Translations under genes and position numbers: made by a program | The notes under the pieces: model-generated | Told to the model about the DNA's origin: nothing | Database searches by the model: none | The model's input: only the letters and a program-made list of their open reading frames with translations | Part shown: positions 60,941-64,000 of the stretch, piece by piece | Numbering within the stretch: the first letter of the stretch is position 1 | Layout: every line of letters starts with the position of its first letter | Assembly (NCBI GenBank): GCA_965248535.1 | Contig: CBDFJR010000002.1 | Span: 640,001 to 704,000, forward strand | Origin: Phormidesmis sp. | Lineage (GTDB): Bacteria > Cyanobacteriota > Cyanobacteriia > Leptolyngbyales > Leptolyngbyaceae | DNA length: 64,000 nt | Direction of reading: 5' to 3'

Positions 60941-61671
60941 CTAGAATTTGACTAAAGCGGCTGGCTGCTCACTCGTTGGCTGACTAAGTGCGGCTGATTG
61001 GGTGATGGGTAGCACGATCGTAAACGTGGTTCCTTTGCCGATCGCTGACTGACAAAGGAGTTGCCCGTGATGTTTTTCAACCACAATTTGACGACTGATG
61101 GCCAAGCCCAACCCCGTGCCTACGCCAATCGATTTCGTGGTGAAAAATGGCTCAAAGATCTTGGCGAGTTGATCAGCCGGAATGCCCAAACCGTTATCGG
61201 CGATCGTGACCGCCACCTGATCAGGGTCAAACCGCCCAGTCGTCACGGTGATTTCAGGAGCCATCTGATCGGCTGTTTGTTCTTCAAGAGCATCGATCGC
61301 ATTGCTCAAAATGTTCATAAACACCTGATAAAGCGCCCCTGAATAGCCCTCGATCGTGGCAACTCTGCATAGCGACGAGTCACGGTGATTCTCTGTTTGA
61401 GTAAGAGTCCGATTTGGTGCGCTTTCTGGGCCCGGTCTTTGGCGATCGACGCATAGTGGTTGCCCAAAACCAGCCCCAAACTAGTGCCGAGGGCCGCAAC
61501 GCCCAGCGCTAGCCCATAGCCGCCTCTAATTTTGTGGGCGATGCTGATATGGCTAACCGCCTGATGAACTTGATGACGAAATCCGACCCGTTTGGATTCA
61601 GATTGAGCCACCGAGCGATCGGGCGATGCAGGAAAAATAGGTTCGGGCGCTTGCATATCGAAAAATTTCAC
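60941..61671 (-). pseudogene. Histidine kinase remnant: N-terminal TM fused directly to HATPase, plus a frameshift near 61355
   Basis: KIRGGYGLALG TM start; QVFMNILSNAIDA, DNGLGI, FFTTK, GTGLGL. No H-box. Confidence 0.75.
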
Positions 61672-61941
61672 TACACGGCTGGAGGAAAGTTGCCCCTAAA
61701 TTCCGATCGAGCAAGACCCTAAAATCAGGGCGATGAGATCTCCCTTAAGATTCCCCCAGCGTTAACCTTCGCAACAAATAGTTTTGCTTTTAACAAATCA
61801 ATTGTGCATCTGCGACTGAGCGCTATGGGGTGCCTGACGCGGGGTTCCGTTTTGAGATACACTCCTTAACGCGGGCAGTAAACGGCTGTTCCTAAACTTG
61901 TGCCGCAGCTTAAATATCAGTTGGACATTCAAAGTGTAGTT

Positions 61942-62385
61942 ATGGCAAAGCATCGGTCAATGTGGTCTATCGTTTTAGCGTTTGTAGCGGTTTTTTTAAT
62001 TAGCTGTGGCAGCCCAACCGTGGCGAAGGTGCCGACCTATACGCCTGAGCAGGTTGCCGAAATTCAAACCTATGCCAGCGGGGTGTCATCAATGCGCGAT
62101 CGGATGCCCGAACTTCAGTCCTTGATCGCTAAAAAAGACTGGACATTTGTCCGCAATTTTATTCACGGCCCCTTGGGTGAGTTGCGGGTAAAAATGAGTG
62201 CAGTGACGCGAGATCTCTTGCCCAATGCTCAAAAGCCAGCCAGCCAAGCTGCAAAAGATGTATTTGACAATCTCGTTACCCTCGATCGGGCGGCTGAAAC
62301 GGGTGACTCTGATCTAGCAGTTCTCAACTACAACAAAGCGATCAAGGCGTTTGATGCCTTCTTTCAGCTAGTGCCTCAAGGGTGA
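61942..62385 (+). CDS. psbQ: Photosystem II lipoprotein PsbQ (CyanoQ)
   Basis: Lipobox FLISC, PTYTPEQ, DW..VRNFIHGPLGELR. Confidence 0.92.
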   Translation: MAKHRSMWSIVLAFVAVFLISCGSPTVAKVPTYTPEQVAEIQTYASGVSSMRDRMPELQSLIAKKDWTFVRNFIHGPLGELRVKMSAVTRDLLPNAQKPASQAAKDVFDNLVTLDRAAETGDSDLAVLNYNKAIKAFDAFFQLVPQG

Positions 62386-62433
62386 CAGCCAACGGGTCAT
62401 GCGTCAGAAATTTTGAGACCTCACGAGTGACCC

Positions 62434-63531
62434 ATGACCCAAATTGCAATTGTCGGATGTGGGGTTGTAGGCGCGACGATCGCTTACCAACTCAGCCAGG
62501 TTCCAGACCTGACGGTGACGGTTTTTGATCGGCAGCCTACCCCCGTCGAGTCAAATTTGACGATCTGCCCAACCGCCACAGGGGCAGCCCTAGGCGTATT
62601 AATGGGGGCAATCAGCAAAAGGCAGAAAGGCAATAATCTGCGAATGCGCCTAGAAAGCTTGCGCTATTTTGAAACGCTGATTCCTGAATTAGAAGCCTTG
62701 ACGGGGCTGAAAATCCCGTTTAATCGCAACGGGATCTTGATGCTGCAATTTGAGCAAGACCTTGCGGTTTGGGAAACGCTGATCAAGATTCGGCGATCGC
62801 AGGGTCTAACGTTAGAGATTTTAGAACGCGATCGCCTTCAGTCTGATTATCCGTTTTTGAATCTCGATCAGGTCACGGCGGCAGTTTATTCGCCCGACGA
62901 TCGTCAGGTCAACCCCGTCGCCTTAACCCAGGCACTGATCGCTGGGGCAAAGCAGCGAGGGGTGACGTTTCACTTCGACACGCCCGTGACGGGAGCCAGC
63001 GATCGTGATGTTCACACCTCTAGGGGACAGATGGCGATCGATTGGCTCGTGATCTCAGCCGGGTTAGGCTCAACGCCCCTCACCGCCTCTCTCAAACAGC
63101 CGATTGATATCCGTCCGGTTTTAGGTCAGGCAGTTCATCTCCACCTCGACCAGCCGCTAGGAGTTTCAGACCTCCAGCCCATCATCACAGGCAACGATGT
63201 TCATATCGTGCCCCTAGCAGGCAGCGACTATTGGGTCGGGGCAACGGTTGAGTTTCCCTCTGAGACAGGAGACGTGCAGCCCGATACCGCGAGTTTTAGA
63301 GCGGTGATTGAGCAAGCGATCGCCCTGTGCCCTGATTTAGCCAAGGCTGAAACCCTCCGCACTTGGTATGGGTTGCGTCCTCGTCCTCACGGTCGCCCGG
63401 CCCCGATTATCGAACGGCTTCCAGGCTATCAAACCATTTTGTTAGCCACCGGGCACTATCGCAACGGAGTCTTGCTCGCCCCTGCGACAGCAGAGCAGGT
63501 AAAAAGGGCCATCTTGCAGTCAACAGTGTGA
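62434..63531 (+). CDS. FAD-dependent oxidoreductase (glycine/D-amino acid oxidase family)
   Basis: IVGCGVVG, GLRPRP, ATGHYRNGVLLAPATA. Confidence 0.9.
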   Translation: MTQIAIVGCGVVGATIAYQLSQVPDLTVTVFDRQPTPVESNLTICPTATGAALGVLMGAISKRQKGNNLRMRLESLRYFETLIPELEALTGLKIPFNRNGILMLQFEQDLAVWETLIKIRRSQGLTLEILERDRLQSDYPFLNLDQVTAAVYSPDDRQVNPVALTQALIAGAKQRGVTFHFDTPVTGASDRDVHTSRGQMAIDWLVISAGLGSTPLTASLKQPIDIRPVLGQAVHLHLDQPLGVSDLQPIITGNDVHIVPLAGSDYWVGATVEFPSETGDVQPDTASFRAVIEQAIALCPDLAKAETLRTWYGLRPRPHGRPAPIIERLPGYQTILLATGHYRNGVLLAPATAEQVKRAILQSTV

Positions 63532-63541
63532 TCGGGAAAGA

Positions 63542-64000
63542 CTAGCTAGCTTTGCGCCGCCGACTCGCCGCAGGTTTCTTTTCGGTCAGGTTGGTCTGCA
63601 CGATCGGAATCGTCAAGTGAACCTGAGTGCCCCGATCTTTGCCGCCTGACTCTGCCCAGATGCGACCGCCCCACCCGGCAATAATTTGGCGACAGATGGC
63701 CAGCCCTAGCCCGGTGCCCCCCGCAGTGCGGCGCAACGCTCCTTCTTCTTGGTAGAAGCGATCGAAGACGGTTTCAAGTCGGCTCGCTTCAATGCCCCGC
63801 CCGGTGTCGGCGATGATCACCTCTAACATTTTGCCTTGAGAACGCTGGGCCTCAATCGTGATCTGCCCGGTTGCATCAGTGAACTTGCAGGCATTGTCGA
63901 GCAGTTTTGAAATCACTTCTACCAGCCACTCGCCATCGACTTGCACGAGGGGTAGCTCAGAAGGCAGTTGGCGAATGATTTGAGGCAGGGGCGTGTCATA
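63542..64000 (-). CDS. Histidine kinase, C-terminal HATPase (truncated by window edge)
   Basis: LLDNACKFT, DTGRGI, FDRFYQ, GGTGLGLAIC. Confidence 0.9.
   Translation of the reverse strand, partial: YDTPLPQIIRQLPSELPLVQVDGEWLVEVISKLLDNACKFTDATGQITIEAQRSQGKMLEVIIADTGRGIEASRLETVFDRFYQEEGALRRTAGGTGLGLAICRQIIAGWGGRIWAESGGKDRGTQVHLTIPIVQTNLTEKKPAASRRRKAS

Overview
Chromosomal window from a cyanobacterium: it has dense HIP1 octamers (GCGATCGC), psbH/psbN/psbI/psbQ, a CpcS-type lyase and a Rieske paralog. Gene style suggests a filamentous Leptolyngbya/Phormidesmis-like strain (inference). Most of it is housekeeping (pth, tatA, thiE/thiS, prfB with its programmed +1 frameshift, obgE, pepP, trpG, ybeY, scpB, HtrA, tRNA-fMet). 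The accessory elements are: (1) a Hen1-Pnkp RNA-repair pair downstream of an RRM gene and a 99-aa unknown; (2) an apparently intact IS605-type element (tnpA + tnpB, with readable ends, a candidate TTTAT TAM and a guide); (3) a multiply deleted tnpB remnant; (4) an SDR / fused GMC oxidoreductase / GH1-like cluster 3' of the tRNA; (5) a coupled DUF3891 - stand-alone GAF - sensorless hybrid kinase unit; (6) a gene whose internal duplication is read in two frames; and (7) several small ORFs below the ORF-track cutoff, one with a uORF and pseudoknot-capable leader. Single-base frameshifts in normally conserved genes (alpha-mannosidase, trpG, ybeY, scpB) look like sequencing or assembly errors. No CRISPR array, rRNA or reverse transcriptase was seen. 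Family names come from motif recognition and recall, not from database searches.
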